This document shows positions 36,374 to 47,375 of a stretch of 64,000 nt of DNA, piece after piece. The position numbers and the translations under genes were made by a program. The stretch is taken from IMG/VR virus record IMGVR_UViG_3300027749_000038. One strand, given 5' to 3'. Numbering within the stretch: the stretch's first letter is position 1; each line of letters opens with the position of its first letter. The notes under the pieces are model-generated. The model did not search any database, had not been told where the DNA came from, and saw only the letters and a list, made by a program, of their open reading frames with translations. The DNA is from a virus.

Positions 36374-37183
36374 ATGACCAAAGAAAACACTTCTATTAAT
36401 TTTGATCAGGCTCTGGATCTATTATCCACTTATACCAAGGAAATTTTTATTAATAATGTATGGGTGCCTTCAATTAGAGAATACATATCTGTAAACGAAC
36501 TTACCTCTAAGCAGCAAAAAAATTTATTATCAGCAGCTATAGATTCTAATGCAGAAGGATATAAGCCATTTTTTACCAAAATTTTTTATCAAATTTTGTT
36601 AGAAAATTGTCAAACTACCAAAGAAGTTGTAGATAATTTTACCTATTATGACAGACTTGCCATAGCAATTGCTATGCGAAAACACATATCCAAAGAATTA
36701 AATGTAGAATTTTCTGCTGATAAAAGTGAAGTAGTAGATCTCTCAGATTTAGTAGAAAATCTTAAAAACTTTAAACACCCCTCTTCAACTACTTTAAAAA
36801 TAGAAAAAAATGGAGTGAGTATTTTAATACAAGTAGAAGTTCCTACGATTAAAAAAGAAGTAGAATATTTTGACAATATTCCATCTTTAAAGAAAGAATC
36901 TACATCGGAAATTTTGAAACAAGCTATTTCAGAAGCTTATGTTGCAGAGGTTTCCAAGTATATAAAAGAAATTGAAATTCAAGGAGTAAATCTTTCTTTT
37001 AATGATTTAAAAACAAAACAAAAAATTCTTGTTTTAGAAAAATTGCCTTCTACTATTTTACAGACCGTTCTTAAAGAAATATCTGCTTGGAAGGAAGATC
37101 TTAATGAATTTTTCACCGTAGAGTCAACCTCGGGAGACAGGAAGTTAATTGATATAGATACTACTTTATTCTTATCTGCTTAA
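36374..37183 (+). CDS. Baseplate hub assembly protein paralogue (gp26-like)
   Basis: VPSIREYISVNELTSKQQKNLL, FTYYDR...MR; architecture like the previous gene. Confidence 0.5.
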   Translation: MTKENTSINFDQALDLLSTYTKEIFINNVWVPSIREYISVNELTSKQQKNLLSAAIDSNAEGYKPFFTKIFYQILLENCQTTKEVVDNFTYYDRLAIAIAMRKHISKELNVEFSADKSEVVDLSDLVENLKNFKHPSSTTLKIEKNGVSILIQVEVPTIKKEVEYFDNIPSLKKESTSEILKQAISEAYVAEVSKYIKEIEIQGVNLSFNDLKTKQKILVLEKLPSTILQTVLKEISAWKEDLNEFFTVESTSGDRKLIDIDTTLFLSA

Positions 37184-37209
37184 TTTCAATTAGAGCCTAA
37201 GTATTTAAC

Positions 37210-39171
37210 ATGAGTAGTTGGGCAGAAGATATAGGATTGACAAATGAAGATGTCAAAAAGCTTGTTAAAAACCTAAACGAAGCTTTCTCTCCATCTGCCC
37301 GGACATCTAAATCAGATAATTCTTCCTCAGAAAAAGAGCCAGAAAAAAAAGCTGAGGATGATAGTACAACAGAATTACTTCAAACTCTTACAACATTAAA
37401 TACAGAAATAGTCAAACAATATACTTATTCGGTTCAAAGAGACCCAATAATGGCTACTTTTTTGACTAATAGTTTTAATGTTTTGGGAGAATCACTAGGC
37501 AGCATGGCTGATAATATTTCTTCTTTGCTTTCTGTATCTATACAAGAAAATGAAAAAAATGTTAAAAGATTTAATGATCAATTTATAGCTTTTTTACATA
37601 TAGATGAAAGTTTAAAAAATCTTGTAGATCATTTTAAAGTAGATGATGAAATTAGAAAAAATAATTTCAATAATAGAGAGGCTTGGTTTGGTAATGAAAA
37701 GGAAAGTGGCTCTTCAACTCCTACTTTGCCGGTTGCCGATTCTTCCTTGTCTTTGTTCACAGTTTTACAAGACCTTAAAAAATCTTTAGAAGATTTGACA
37801 AAACCCGCTATAAAAGACACAGTCCAGGAAGAAGATAAATCTGTAAATTGGAAAGAAATTAGAGAAATCCTTAAAAATGGCTATACTGATTTAGGTTCAG
37901 TTTGGGATACTGGTTTAGTTAAATTGGGAGGTTTGTTAGGAGGTTGGTTCACCAATCTGCAAATTGTTAAAGATGCTAAAGGCTTGGGATCTTATCTTTT
38001 AGATGCCTTGTTAATATCCGGGGGTATAGCTACTATAGCCACTTTGTTTGGCGGCAGCATAATGAAACAAATAGGAGTATTAGACGGAGCCATGGGAACC
38101 AATATATCTGGTGCTATTAATGATTTGTTAGCTCCTTTAAAAAAGTATAGTGGATGGATACAAACTTTGTTTAAACAAACTGTTATTTTTAAATCAAATC
38201 TAATTAGTTTGCCTGGAAAATTGGCTAGTTTAACTAAAGCAATACTCAACCCATTTACCGCTATAAAAAAATTTGCAGCTGGAATTGCTAGTATTGTAAC
38301 TGGATCTATAAATTTGTTTAAGGGGGGTTCTGAAGCTTTGAAAGCTGCTGGAACTGCTTTAACTGCCGGTATACCGACATTTACTGGAACGGTAAATGCT
38401 GCTAGTGGTGTGATTGGTAAGGTAGTTGGATTTTTGCCTAAATTAGTTACTTTCTTAAAAGGAGTTCCTCTTATGGGAACTTTGATTTCTGTAGGTTTTG
38501 GAGTCAAAAAATTAATGGATGGAGATACTAGAGGAGGAATTTTAAGTTTGGCTTCGGGATTAGTTTCTTTAATACCATTTGCTGGATGGGCTTTGTCTTT
38601 TATGATAGATGCCTATGATGCTCAATTGACAGAAGAAAATGGTGGAGATATTACGGCTAAAAATAACGGATACGGTTTTGGTAAATTTATAGATGATATA
38701 TATCAAGCCCTTAAAAGAGGGGTAGCTTGGATAATAAGAAAAACATTTGGATTGTTGGGATTAGATAAATATACTCCAGACTGGGCTAAAGAAGTGGAAG
38801 GTAAAAGTGTTATAAATCCACAAGTGGCTAAAGACTCGAACCCTAAAAATATACCGTCTTCAGCAGAAGTAACTAATGTATCAACCCCACCAGTGGCGTC
38901 TACCGGAGTAACCAAACCAATTAGTTCTGGTCAAATGTATCAAATGTCCGGAGGCAATGCAGACATCATGAGTTCTTTATCTTCAGATCTCAAAACTATG
39001 GTTGGGTCTTTTAAAGACGGTTTTGCAAAAATGCAACAAATGTCTTTGGGCGGAGTTGTAAATCAAAGTGTGGTTAACAATGGAGGAAATTCTGGACCAA
39101 TTCCCGTTTCTTCTCAACACCATACCCTAGGAAATTATAGAACTGAAGTATCTAGAATAAATCAACGGTAA
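37210..39171 (+). CDS. Tape-measure / gp29-like protein
   Basis: Long helical protein with Gly/Ala-rich amphipathic segments (LKGVPLMGTLIS, LIPFAG). Confidence 0.6.
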   Translation: MSSWAEDIGLTNEDVKKLVKNLNEAFSPSARTSKSDNSSSEKEPEKKAEDDSTTELLQTLTTLNTEIVKQYTYSVQRDPIMATFLTNSFNVLGESLGSMADNISSLLSVSIQENEKNVKRFNDQFIAFLHIDESLKNLVDHFKVDDEIRKNNFNNREAWFGNEKESGSSTPTLPVADSSLSLFTVLQDLKKSLEDLTKPAIKDTVQEEDKSVNWKEIREILKNGYTDLGSVWDTGLVKLGGLLGGWFTNLQIVKDAKGLGSYLLDALLISGGIATIATLFGGSIMKQIGVLDGAMGTNISGAINDLLAPLKKYSGWIQTLFKQTVIFKSNLISLPGKLASLTKAILNPFTAIKKFAAGIASIVTGSINLFKGGSEALKAAGTALTAGIPTFTGTVNAASGVIGKVVGFLPKLVTFLKGVPLMGTLISVGFGVKKLMDGDTRGGILSLASGLVSLIPFAGWALSFMIDAYDAQLTEENGGDITAKNNGYGFGKFIDDIYQALKRGVAWIIRKTFGLLGLDKYTPDWAKEVEGKSVINPQVAKDSNPKNIPSSAEVTNVSTPPVASTGVTKPISSGQMYQMSGGNADIMSSLSSDLKTMVGSFKDGFAKMQQMSLGGVVNQSVVNNGGNSGPIPVSSQHHTLGNYRTEVSRINQR

Positions 39172-39174
39172 ATT

Positions 39175-41415
39175 ATGAATTCAAAAGATTTTACATATTT
39201 TAAACTTGAAGATGAAACCTATACTTTTTTAGGCAAATCTTTTAAGGCTCCTAAAGCTTATCCTCGAAATGGTAACGTTGATATGTTTACTAACGGTGCT
39301 TGGAAAAATTCTGGAAAAAATATAAATGAAGTTCCAGATATAAATTTAGAGGAATATGAATTATCTTTTGGGTTGTGGATGACTCATTTATCTAGGCTCT
39401 ATAATACAGTTAACAGTTTTGCATCAGATATAACCACTCCTTATCAGCTTCTATATCAAGGTAATCATACCGGATTTACTTATAAATTACCATATTTAAT
39501 AAATCAAGGAACTATAAAAGGACCGATACAAAACACTTGGGGCGGTGATGAGACTGGTATAGGAGAATCTTTTGCTGGGAGTTTTGGTAAAAACCTTGAT
39601 CGGTCTTTAGGGGATATCGGTAAGTTTTTTGCAGAAGGTGTATCTTATGGAGGAGCTGGAGAAAAGGTCAGAAGATATAATAGTGCCGATAGTGTTAAAT
39701 CCATTACTATAAAGTTTCCGTTATATAATACAATAGATAAAGACAAGACTCTTCGCAATTTTGAATTTGTAACTTTGTTTGCTTTTCAGAATATGAAAAC
39801 TCGTACTTCTTGGATGACTTATTTGCCTCCTAAAATATATAAAGTAAACACAAAAAGTTTTGGGGGTATAAATATGCCGGCAGCTTTTGTAAAGTCTTTT
39901 GATGCCACTGCTGTAGGAACTGTGAGGAAAATACGTTATAAAGGTTTTGAAGACATATTAATTCCGGAAGCATATGAAGTATCTATAACCATGGAGGAAT
40001 TATTATCGGAAAGTAGCAACATATTTGCAGCAACTATGGGAGGAGATCCGGTAGTTGTTATTGGCAATATCACTAATACTCCTAGAAACAATATTAATAT
40101 TAATTATGATTCGTCTATTACTCCAACCGGACTAGCACCTATACCGTCTGCCGATTTGGCATATTTGAAAAAACAGAAAGAAATAGCTGAAGCCAATTTA
40201 ACCAATTTAAAAAATCAAATAGGTCCCGGAATAACTCCGGTAATTGGCGACAATCCCGATAATGTCATTAAAGTTAATGTTGGTAATGTACCAACCAGAG
40301 AAAATTTAGAACAAGCAATAAAAGCCCAGACTGAAACAATTAAATTTATACAAACTCAAATAGATCAAGTTCCTCCGACTATTGGTATACAAACTGCTGA
40401 TGGAAGGGTGTTTGCTTTTGGAGATTTACGATCAGGTGAAGTTAATGGTTTAATTAATTCTAAATCTCCAGTTAGTTTAGATACTGGAACCGGTCAAGAG
40501 GCTCCGAACACCTTCTTAGCCAATCCAAAAGCAGTCGCTGGTACACTAGAATTGCCGCAGTCTTTTTTGACATCTGCCTTGAAACTCTCCGATAACCCTG
40601 CAACTCAACAACAAGGGTCTGAAATTTTATCAGGAACTTCTCGATTTGGAGGAGGAATTAAATTCACAAATGAAGAAGATCCAACTTTAAGTAATTTACA
40701 AAATGAAACCAAGCCCAATTTTCTAGAGAATCAATATACAACTCAACAAGCTGAGATAATTTCTGCAGCACGAGCACAGAAAATTTCTGCAGCTCAAGAT
40801 GAAATAATTTCTGCTGCACAGGAAACATATAATGGGTTTTTAAAAGCTAGGGAAACTGTAGCAGCTCAGAGGGCTGCGGCGATTGTAGCAGCCCCACCAG
40901 CTGAGATACCAAATGTAGCAAAAGTATTTGAAGGGGCATTAGTTAACGCAGATAACCAGTTAGTAGAGGCTCGACAACAATTAAAAAAATCAATAGAAAA
41001 TTCCAAAGACCTTAAACTAATAGAACCAGTAGACCCAGTATACCCAGTTACTCAAACTCTTCAAAAACATTTAGACTCTCTTTCAATTCTTCCTCCAATA
41101 GGACAAACTTCTTACCAACCCGGAATAGATACATTAGATGGTTCAAAAACATTTAAAGTTCCTGAACAAAATTTTTCTAGTTATCTACAATTAGCAAGAT
41201 TTAATATTGGAGTGACCACAAAAATTAATGACATATTAGCAACACCAGTGAGTGTTGAGGATGTCGAAGCTAAAATAGTTTCACCTACTTTACCAAGCTT
41301 GAGTCCTCTGAAGACCATACCTCCAGTTAAAGCGATGCAACAAGCTTTGGATAATTTGAGCAAACCAGATGTTATTCCCTCAATAGTTCCAGTGGTCAGT
41401 GACTCCAAAAAATAG
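39175..41415 (+). CDS. Baseplate tube-cap (gp48-like) domain with a long C-terminal extension
   Basis: SITIKFPLYNT, YLPPKIY, IPEAYEVSITMEELL; about 450 aa of low-complexity tail. Confidence 0.5.
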   Translation: MNSKDFTYFKLEDETYTFLGKSFKAPKAYPRNGNVDMFTNGAWKNSGKNINEVPDINLEEYELSFGLWMTHLSRLYNTVNSFASDITTPYQLLYQGNHTGFTYKLPYLINQGTIKGPIQNTWGGDETGIGESFAGSFGKNLDRSLGDIGKFFAEGVSYGGAGEKVRRYNSADSVKSITIKFPLYNTIDKDKTLRNFEFVTLFAFQNMKTRTSWMTYLPPKIYKVNTKSFGGINMPAAFVKSFDATAVGTVRKIRYKGFEDILIPEAYEVSITMEELLSESSNIFAATMGGDPVVVIGNITNTPRNNININYDSSITPTGLAPIPSADLAYLKKQKEIAEANLTNLKNQIGPGITPVIGDNPDNVIKVNVGNVPTRENLEQAIKAQTETIKFIQTQIDQVPPTIGIQTADGRVFAFGDLRSGEVNGLINSKSPVSLDTGTGQEAPNTFLANPKAVAGTLELPQSFLTSALKLSDNPATQQQGSEILSGTSRFGGGIKFTNEEDPTLSNLQNETKPNFLENQYTTQQAEIISAARAQKISAAQDEIISAAQETYNGFLKARETVAAQRAAAIVAAPPAEIPNVAKVFEGALVNADNQLVEARQQLKKSIENSKDLKLIEPVDPVYPVTQTLQKHLDSLSILPPIGQTSYQPGIDTLDGSKTFKVPEQNFSSYLQLARFNIGVTTKINDILATPVSVEDVEAKIVSPTLPSLSPLKTIPPVKAMQQALDNLSKPDVIPSIVPVVSDSKK

Positions 41416-41422
41416 GTAAATT

Positions 41423-41782
41423 ATGAACCAGAATCAAATAGATAATATTCCCAAACTTTCTTTTTATAGATATGAGAATTTTTTTAATGTCTATCAAGAT
41501 GAAAGAACCCAAGAATTGTTTTATAATGTATTGCGTTCTATAAACATATTTCAAACAGACAATTCTGGGATTCAATCCACTTATAACATATCTCCAGGAG
41601 ATACGTGGCAATATATTTCTTATAAATTTTACAAAACTTTAGATCTGTGGTGGTTGGTTTGTACCTATAATCAAATAATGGATCCCACACAATTGCCAGA
41701 GGCGGGTACTAGTATTAAATTGTTAAATCCAGAATATGTGGGGTATGTTTTGCAAGAACTGTGGTCTCAAGTAAATAGGTAA
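41423..41782 (+). CDS. Baseplate wedge protein (gp53-like, LysM fold)
   Basis: YNISPGDTWQYISYKFYKTLDLWWLVCTYNQI. Confidence 0.75.
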   Translation: MNQNQIDNIPKLSFYRYENFFNVYQDERTQELFYNVLRSINIFQTDNSGIQSTYNISPGDTWQYISYKFYKTLDLWWLVCTYNQIMDPTQLPEAGTSIKLLNPEYVGYVLQELWSQVNR

Positions 41783-41783
41783 T

Positions 41784-44705
41784 ATGGGCCGTAGACCTAA
41801 ACAGCAAGATGGTGAAGAAGAAGATGAATTCTCCTTAGATGATTTACAAGCAGAAGACATTTTAGTAGATGGTAAATTTTATAAGGGGAATGAGAATATT
41901 CTCCGTACCAAGAATGCGGTGTTCAAGTGGACTCCGGAGATGCAAGAGGATTTTAAACTTTGCCATAAAAGTATACTTCATTTTGCAGAAGCTCATTACA
42001 CCATTACTCATTTGGATAGAGGTAAGGAAAAAATCAGTCTTTACAAATACCAAAAACATCTTCTCAAAACTTTTAAAAAAGAACGTTTTACTATTTTGTT
42101 ATCATCCAGACAGTCTGGAAAGGCCTTAGATATTAATACAGTTATTCCCACACCTCAAGGAGAAGTGAAAATGGGAGATTTAAAAAACGGAGATCAAATT
42201 TACGGCTTAGACGGAAATGCTTATAATGTGGTTAAGGCTCATGATTTTTTATATGACAGAAATTGTTATAAGATAATATTTGACAATGGTGAAGAAATCA
42301 TAGCAGATGAAGATCATTTATGGTTTACACAAGAAAGATCTGAAAGAAAAAAGAATTTATCTGGTAGTGTAAAAACAACAAAAGAAATTTTAAATACCTT
42401 GACAGTTGGTGGTAAAAAAGAACCCAGACATCGCATACCCATGGCTAGAAACGGAATATTGGGTACAGAGGCAAAGTTGCCAATAGATCCATACATTCTC
42501 GGTTTATGGTTAGGTGATGGAAATACAGATGGAGCTAATATAACTGTAGGACCGCGAGATGTTGAGTTTTTATATGAAAAATTAAGTAATAATAAACAAT
42601 TTAATAAAATTACTTTATACCAATTTAAAGAACGTTTATGGGCTATAAATCCCACTCACACGGACAGAAAACAATCTTTATGGACTTGTTTAAAACAAAA
42701 TAATTTATTAGGAAACAAACACATACCAGACATATATTTTACAAGTTCCCGAGAACAACGTTTAGAATTATTAAGAGGTTTGATGGATTCAGATGGTTAT
42801 ATATCTCATTCAGGTCAAGCCAATTTTGACAATAGTAATTTAGAGTTAGGTTATCTAGTTGTAAAGCTCATCAGGGAATTGGGTTATAGTGTTACCTATA
42901 TCATACACACTCCAAAATTTAATGGCAAAGAATGTGCAGATTCTATGAGGGTTTGTTTTAAACCTCGAGAAGAAGTGGTGAGTATACCTTATAAAAAAAA
43001 TAAATTAAAATTAACAAATGAATTAAGAAGAAATACTTGGCATTATATTAAAGAAATAATTCCGGTAGAAAGCAGACCCGTAAGATGTATTACTGTGGAT
43101 AGTCCAGATAACTTATATCTTTGTGGCAATTCTCTTATTCCAACACATAACACCACCACCATGGCTATTTATGCTTTGTGGTATGTCTGTTTTCAACAAG
43201 ATAAGCGAGTAACTATTATTTCATACAAAGCAGATTCTGCTAAAGAAATTTTTGCTCGTATTAAAACTGCTTATGAAATGTTACCAATTTATCTCAAACC
43301 GAGTATTAAATCTTGGCGCAAAGATGGTTTAGATTTAACCAATGACTCTTCTATTACCATTTCCACAGGCCCTCGTGGCGGTTCTAGTAACTTATTGATT
43401 ATTGATGAAATGGCTTTCTGTCCTCCAGAAGACATGGCAGAGCTCTGGAGATCTTCTATTCCAATTATTATTCAATCGCAGAAGTCTCAAATTATTTTAA
43501 TCAGTACTGCTAACGGAACCGATAATAAATTTTATCAACTCTGGCAAATTGCTCAAAAATCAAATAGTATGTGGCATCCAGAACGAGTAGATTGGTGGGA
43601 TGTTCCGGGTCGAGATGAAGCCTGGAAAGCAGATGCTGTAGAATTGTTAGCTTCTGAAGGGAGGGGCCAAGAAGACTTTGATCAAGAATTTGGTAACCAG
43701 TTTATAACTCCAGGCAGATCTGTTGTAGATCCAGATTTACTAGAACAATTAAAAAATTGTCCAGAACCTAGTATGGTTTTAGATGAAGGCAAATATTTAA
43801 TATATAAAATGCCAGAGGTGGGAAGACATTATGTAATGGGGGTAGACGTGGGAGAAGGTATTGGTCGTTCTAATACAGTGGCTCAGGTTTTTGATATAAC
43901 TAATTTACAAGAAATAGAACAGGTAGCAGTTTATGCTTCTAATACTATTAGCCCATATCATTTTGGTACTCGTTTATTAGGAGTTTTGAATGACTGGGGT
44001 AGACCACCAGTGTTAATTGAAAATAATAATAACGGCAATCAGGTTATAGATGTCGTATTTCATACTCACAACTATGAAAATTTAGTTTCTTACACTTTAG
44101 AAGGAAATAGTGTTCATTATAATACTAAGAACCGTAAAGGTATTCATAGTCATACAACTACTAGATATAATGGAGTTAGTAATTTTAGATATTGGTGTAA
44201 TAGTTTAAGAGCCATTAAATTTTATGATCCAGAAACTATTAGAGAACTTCATACTTTTGTAAGATTGCCTAATCAAACCTATAGTAAACAAACTAAAGAA
44301 GATTTAGATGATAGAGTATTTGGTTGTATTTGGGCTTTGTTTATTTTAAATCCTAGTATAGTTCAAAATTATTTTCAAATAATTGATATGGATGATCAGG
44401 GAAGACCTAAAGAAATGGTTTCTTTGTATGATAATAAAGATTTATTAAAACAAAGTCCATTATTGGTGGGTGGTTCTGGGTTGTTTCGAAGAAATAGGGT
44501 AATTAATACTATGCCAGTGATGATTAATCCTACTCCTCAAAACGAGCAAGATAACGAAGCTCGTCAATTATGGAATTGGTTGCATACAGTCGCATATGAT
44601 GATCGAAATATAGATCCCTACAAACCAGCGGAGCCAGAATTTATGACTGCAGATGCCTTGGAAGGAATGTATAAAGAAGACTATAAACCAATTATATTAT
44701 TTTAA
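41784..44705 (+). CDS. gp17: Terminase large subunit with a cis intein
   Basis: LYKYQ, SRQSGK|...|TTT Walker A, LLIIDEMAF, ISTANG, FDQEF, MGVDVGEG, IENN, DDRV. Confidence 0.93.
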   Translation: MGRRPKQQDGEEEDEFSLDDLQAEDILVDGKFYKGNENILRTKNAVFKWTPEMQEDFKLCHKSILHFAEAHYTITHLDRGKEKISLYKYQKHLLKTFKKERFTILLSSRQSGKALDINTVIPTPQGEVKMGDLKNGDQIYGLDGNAYNVVKAHDFLYDRNCYKIIFDNGEEIIADEDHLWFTQERSERKKNLSGSVKTTKEILNTLTVGGKKEPRHRIPMARNGILGTEAKLPIDPYILGLWLGDGNTDGANITVGPRDVEFLYEKLSNNKQFNKITLYQFKERLWAINPTHTDRKQSLWTCLKQNNLLGNKHIPDIYFTSSREQRLELLRGLMDSDGYISHSGQANFDNSNLELGYLVVKLIRELGYSVTYIIHTPKFNGKECADSMRVCFKPREEVVSIPYKKNKLKLTNELRRNTWHYIKEIIPVESRPVRCITVDSPDNLYLCGNSLIPTHNTTTMAIYALWYVCFQQDKRVTIISYKADSAKEIFARIKTAYEMLPIYLKPSIKSWRKDGLDLTNDSSITISTGPRGGSSNLLIIDEMAFCPPEDMAELWRSSIPIIIQSQKSQIILISTANGTDNKFYQLWQIAQKSNSMWHPERVDWWDVPGRDEAWKADAVELLASEGRGQEDFDQEFGNQFITPGRSVVDPDLLEQLKNCPEPSMVLDEGKYLIYKMPEVGRHYVMGVDVGEGIGRSNTVAQVFDITNLQEIEQVAVYASNTISPYHFGTRLLGVLNDWGRPPVLIENNNNGNQVIDVVFHTHNYENLVSYTLEGNSVHYNTKNRKGIHSHTTTRYNGVSNFRYWCNSLRAIKFYDPETIRELHTFVRLPNQTYSKQTKEDLDDRVFGCIWALFILNPSIVQNYFQIIDMDDQGRPKEMVSLYDNKDLLKQSPLLVGGSGLFRRNRVINTMPVMINPTPQNEQDNEARQLWNWLHTVAYDDRNIDPYKPAEPEFMTADALEGMYKEDYKPIILF
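42123..43151 (+). mobile_element. Class 3 intein (343 aa) with LAGLIDADG endonuclease
   Basis: Starts Ala (ALDINT); ADEDHLW, VRCITV and IPTHN give the W-C-T triplet; LGLWLGDG and LLRGLMDSDG motifs; +1 Thr. Confidence 0.9.
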
Positions 44706-44706
44706 T

Positions 44707-45333
44707 ATGGAACAATCAATTTTAAATAGATCAAGGTTAGATAAATTTAGTTTAATTATGGATCTTCCTCTCATTCTTAAAAGAGAATCAGATCCAGTTA
44801 TTAAAAACAAGCAAAATCCAGACACAGTACAGTTTACGGTATTTGGTTCTCCGGTTCCAGCTATTAAAATACCTACTATAAATTTGGCATATGGTGGACA
44901 AAATGTAAGTGTTTCATCTCATTCCAGACCAGCTTATCCAGATTTAAATTTAAAATTTTTAATTGATAACGGTTATATGAATTATTGGATTTTGTGGAAA
45001 TGGTTAAACCATTTCAATAATTCTTTTGATGGAACCACAGATGTAATTTTACAACGCAGAGTAGATTTAACCAAAGACGTATCTGTTCATGGAGTGGTTG
45101 GTAATACTTTTTTTGATTTTACTACGAATATAAATTTATTGGCTTTAGATGAATATAATAATCCTATTGCTTCTTTTAAATATGCAGACGCCTATATTAG
45201 TTCTTTAAGTGAATTGAATTTTTCACACCAAGATGAATCTATTATTTCCTGTACGGCTACTTTTGCTTACAGCCAATTTCATGTTGAATTGTTAGCTAAT
45301 GTAGGAGAAAACACCCAATATTATGGCGTTTAG
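44707..45333 (+). CDS. Tail tube terminator / completion protein (gp3-like)
   Basis: VPAIKIP, DLNLKFLIDNGYMNYWILWKWL, LSELNF, ATFAYS. Confidence 0.7.
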   Translation: MEQSILNRSRLDKFSLIMDLPLILKRESDPVIKNKQNPDTVQFTVFGSPVPAIKIPTINLAYGGQNVSVSSHSRPAYPDLNLKFLIDNGYMNYWILWKWLNHFNNSFDGTTDVILQRRVDLTKDVSVHGVVGNTFFDFTTNINLLALDEYNNPIASFKYADAYISSLSELNFSHQDESIISCTATFAYSQFHVELLANVGENTQYYGV

Positions 45334-47053
45334 TGTAAATCAAAACGGAATATCCTTTGGAAACGATTTGGAACAAACAAAATCTGTATACCAAATCGGC
45401 GCAGATTATTTCTGGATAGAAATATGGATGTATAGTTATGATGTAGGCAAACCCCCTTATCAATTACCATTTGCAGCTGTAGAACAATTAGTCATAGAAG
45501 AGACATTATATGACTGGAATGTTACTGGATATATCACAATAGAAAATTGGAATGAGATTATAGAAAGAGGTGTTTATGCTTCCAGACCCACACCTAAAAA
45601 TCCTCAAGGTTATATTTCCTCACCAACCTTGCCTGGTTTTTTAAATTTTAGAACAGATGGGAGAAATTTAATCAGTTTTAAAATATATCCTTATGTTACG
45701 GACAATAAAAATAACCCCTCTTCTACTTTGGATGCAGAAAATTGGGTTATGTCTCTCGATTGTAGCATATATGATATTCAAGACACTTCAAAAGATAACT
45801 TTAAAAAGTTAAGAACCTTTTATTTCAAAGATATAAGACATCAAATTTTTTCAGAAAGACGACTACAGTGGAGTACTGGAAATATAGCCAGTAAAATAAA
45901 AGAGAAGCAAGGCACACCATTAGATTTGAGTATGGCTTATGATTCAGAAAAAAGTCTACCGGCCGGAGTGATTTTAAAACATTTTATATCAAATATTAAT
46001 TGTGGTTCTTTAGAGGTTATGTCAGAAACTCCTTTAAAAATGGCTTATGATTCTGAGGGTTCTATAAATAAACCGAATGTATCTATTTTGGATATTGATC
46101 CGTTATATTGGGATGATGGAGATCCTACAAATAAAATTTTATACAACTCCCCAGCTGGTTCTACTGTATTAGATGATATAAATTATATTTTAAAATATGC
46201 AACATCATCAGATACTAATAATCCATCTCCTTTAATTTTGCGAGTAGGAAATAGAGGAATGGCCGAAGGAATGTTAAGATCCAATCAAGAGTATAAAGGA
46301 AAATTGAATAAAAAATGGACCTTGACTCCCTTAGCAGATTTATTTAAACATTCCCAATCTTTACAAAAAGAAAGAATTATATTGAGAGATTTTGCCGCTT
46401 CTGATGCAGCTATTACTGTTGGAGAAAGAGCTTTTAGCCAGGCCGGTCCAGATGCAGATAATAATTTTAATTCACCCATTGCTTCTGTAGCTGACAACTA
46501 TCAATTTGCTCCTATGGTTGCTATAGATGATTTAGAATTTGCCAATAGTCCGGTGGTTCAATTTAAGTTTGATCAGACCCAATATGAAATTAACTTTAAC
46601 AACAATAAAGTTGCTGATGTAATTGGTAATGCAACTTTGATGGGCAAATCTGGATTATTTAATTTTTCAAAAAATAACAAAGAAGCTCAAATTTTATTAA
46701 ACACTAATCAAACCAAACTTAGCGGCTTAAATACTCAATATAATTTTACCACACAATCTTTAGTTTCACCAAATTATACGGGTATGCAAATGTTAAAAAA
46801 TCTTGTATATAAAAATCAAGCATTATATCTTCAAATACCGGGTTTAACTATGAGAAAACCTGGAAATTTTTTACACATATACAGACCTATACCAGAAAAA
46901 AATTCTTTTGATGATAGATTTTTCGGTCAATGGTTAACTGTTAAAGTAGTACATTTTTTTACAAAAAATTCTTATACTAATGATATAATTTGCACCAAAA
47001 TAGATAGTTATAGTAAGATATATGAAGTTGGCAAAAATGATATAGCCCCTTAA
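45323..47053 (+). CDS. Baseplate hub protein (gp27-like)
   Basis: C-terminal IPGLTMRKPG...FFGQWLTVKVVHFF...YTNDI resembles hub/late-control-D proteins. Confidence 0.55.
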   Translation: MAFSVNQNGISFGNDLEQTKSVYQIGADYFWIEIWMYSYDVGKPPYQLPFAAVEQLVIEETLYDWNVTGYITIENWNEIIERGVYASRPTPKNPQGYISSPTLPGFLNFRTDGRNLISFKIYPYVTDNKNNPSSTLDAENWVMSLDCSIYDIQDTSKDNFKKLRTFYFKDIRHQIFSERRLQWSTGNIASKIKEKQGTPLDLSMAYDSEKSLPAGVILKHFISNINCGSLEVMSETPLKMAYDSEGSINKPNVSILDIDPLYWDDGDPTNKILYNSPAGSTVLDDINYILKYATSSDTNNPSPLILRVGNRGMAEGMLRSNQEYKGKLNKKWTLTPLADLFKHSQSLQKERIILRDFAASDAAITVGERAFSQAGPDADNNFNSPIASVADNYQFAPMVAIDDLEFANSPVVQFKFDQTQYEINFNNNKVADVIGNATLMGKSGLFNFSKNNKEAQILLNTNQTKLSGLNTQYNFTTQSLVSPNYTGMQMLKNLVYKNQALYLQIPGLTMRKPGNFLHIYRPIPEKNSFDDRFFGQWLTVKVVHFFTKNSYTNDIICTKIDSYSKIYEVGKNDIAP

Positions 47054-47056
47054 ATT

Positions 47057-47371
47057 ATGGACAAAGAACAATTAAAAAAGCGACTAGAAGAAATAAAGTC
47101 TAGATTACCGGCTTGGAAGCCATCCTCCAACGGCACTCCGGGATTAGCTACTATGGCTCGTAATGTTTCAGACAGCATTATAAGAAATGTAGGAAGTGTG
47201 TTAGAGGGTAATAATTTAAAAGTTTCTGATACACAAAAGCAAAGCAGACTAAATATTTGTAATGAATGTTCTTTTTTTGATAAAGAACAACAAAGATGTA
47301 AAAAGTGTGGATGTTATATGGCTGCTAAAACTATGTTAACAGCTGAAAAATGTCCTATAGGAAAATGGTAA
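47057..47371 (+). CDS. Small Cys-rich protein
   Basis: RLNICNEC...CKKCGC...KCPIGKW, a pattern common in phages. Confidence 0.7.
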   Translation: MDKEQLKKRLEEIKSRLPAWKPSSNGTPGLATMARNVSDSIIRNVGSVLEGNNLKVSDTQKQSRLNICNECSFFDKEQQRCKKCGCYMAAKTMLTAEKCPIGKW

Positions 47372-47375
47372 ATAT

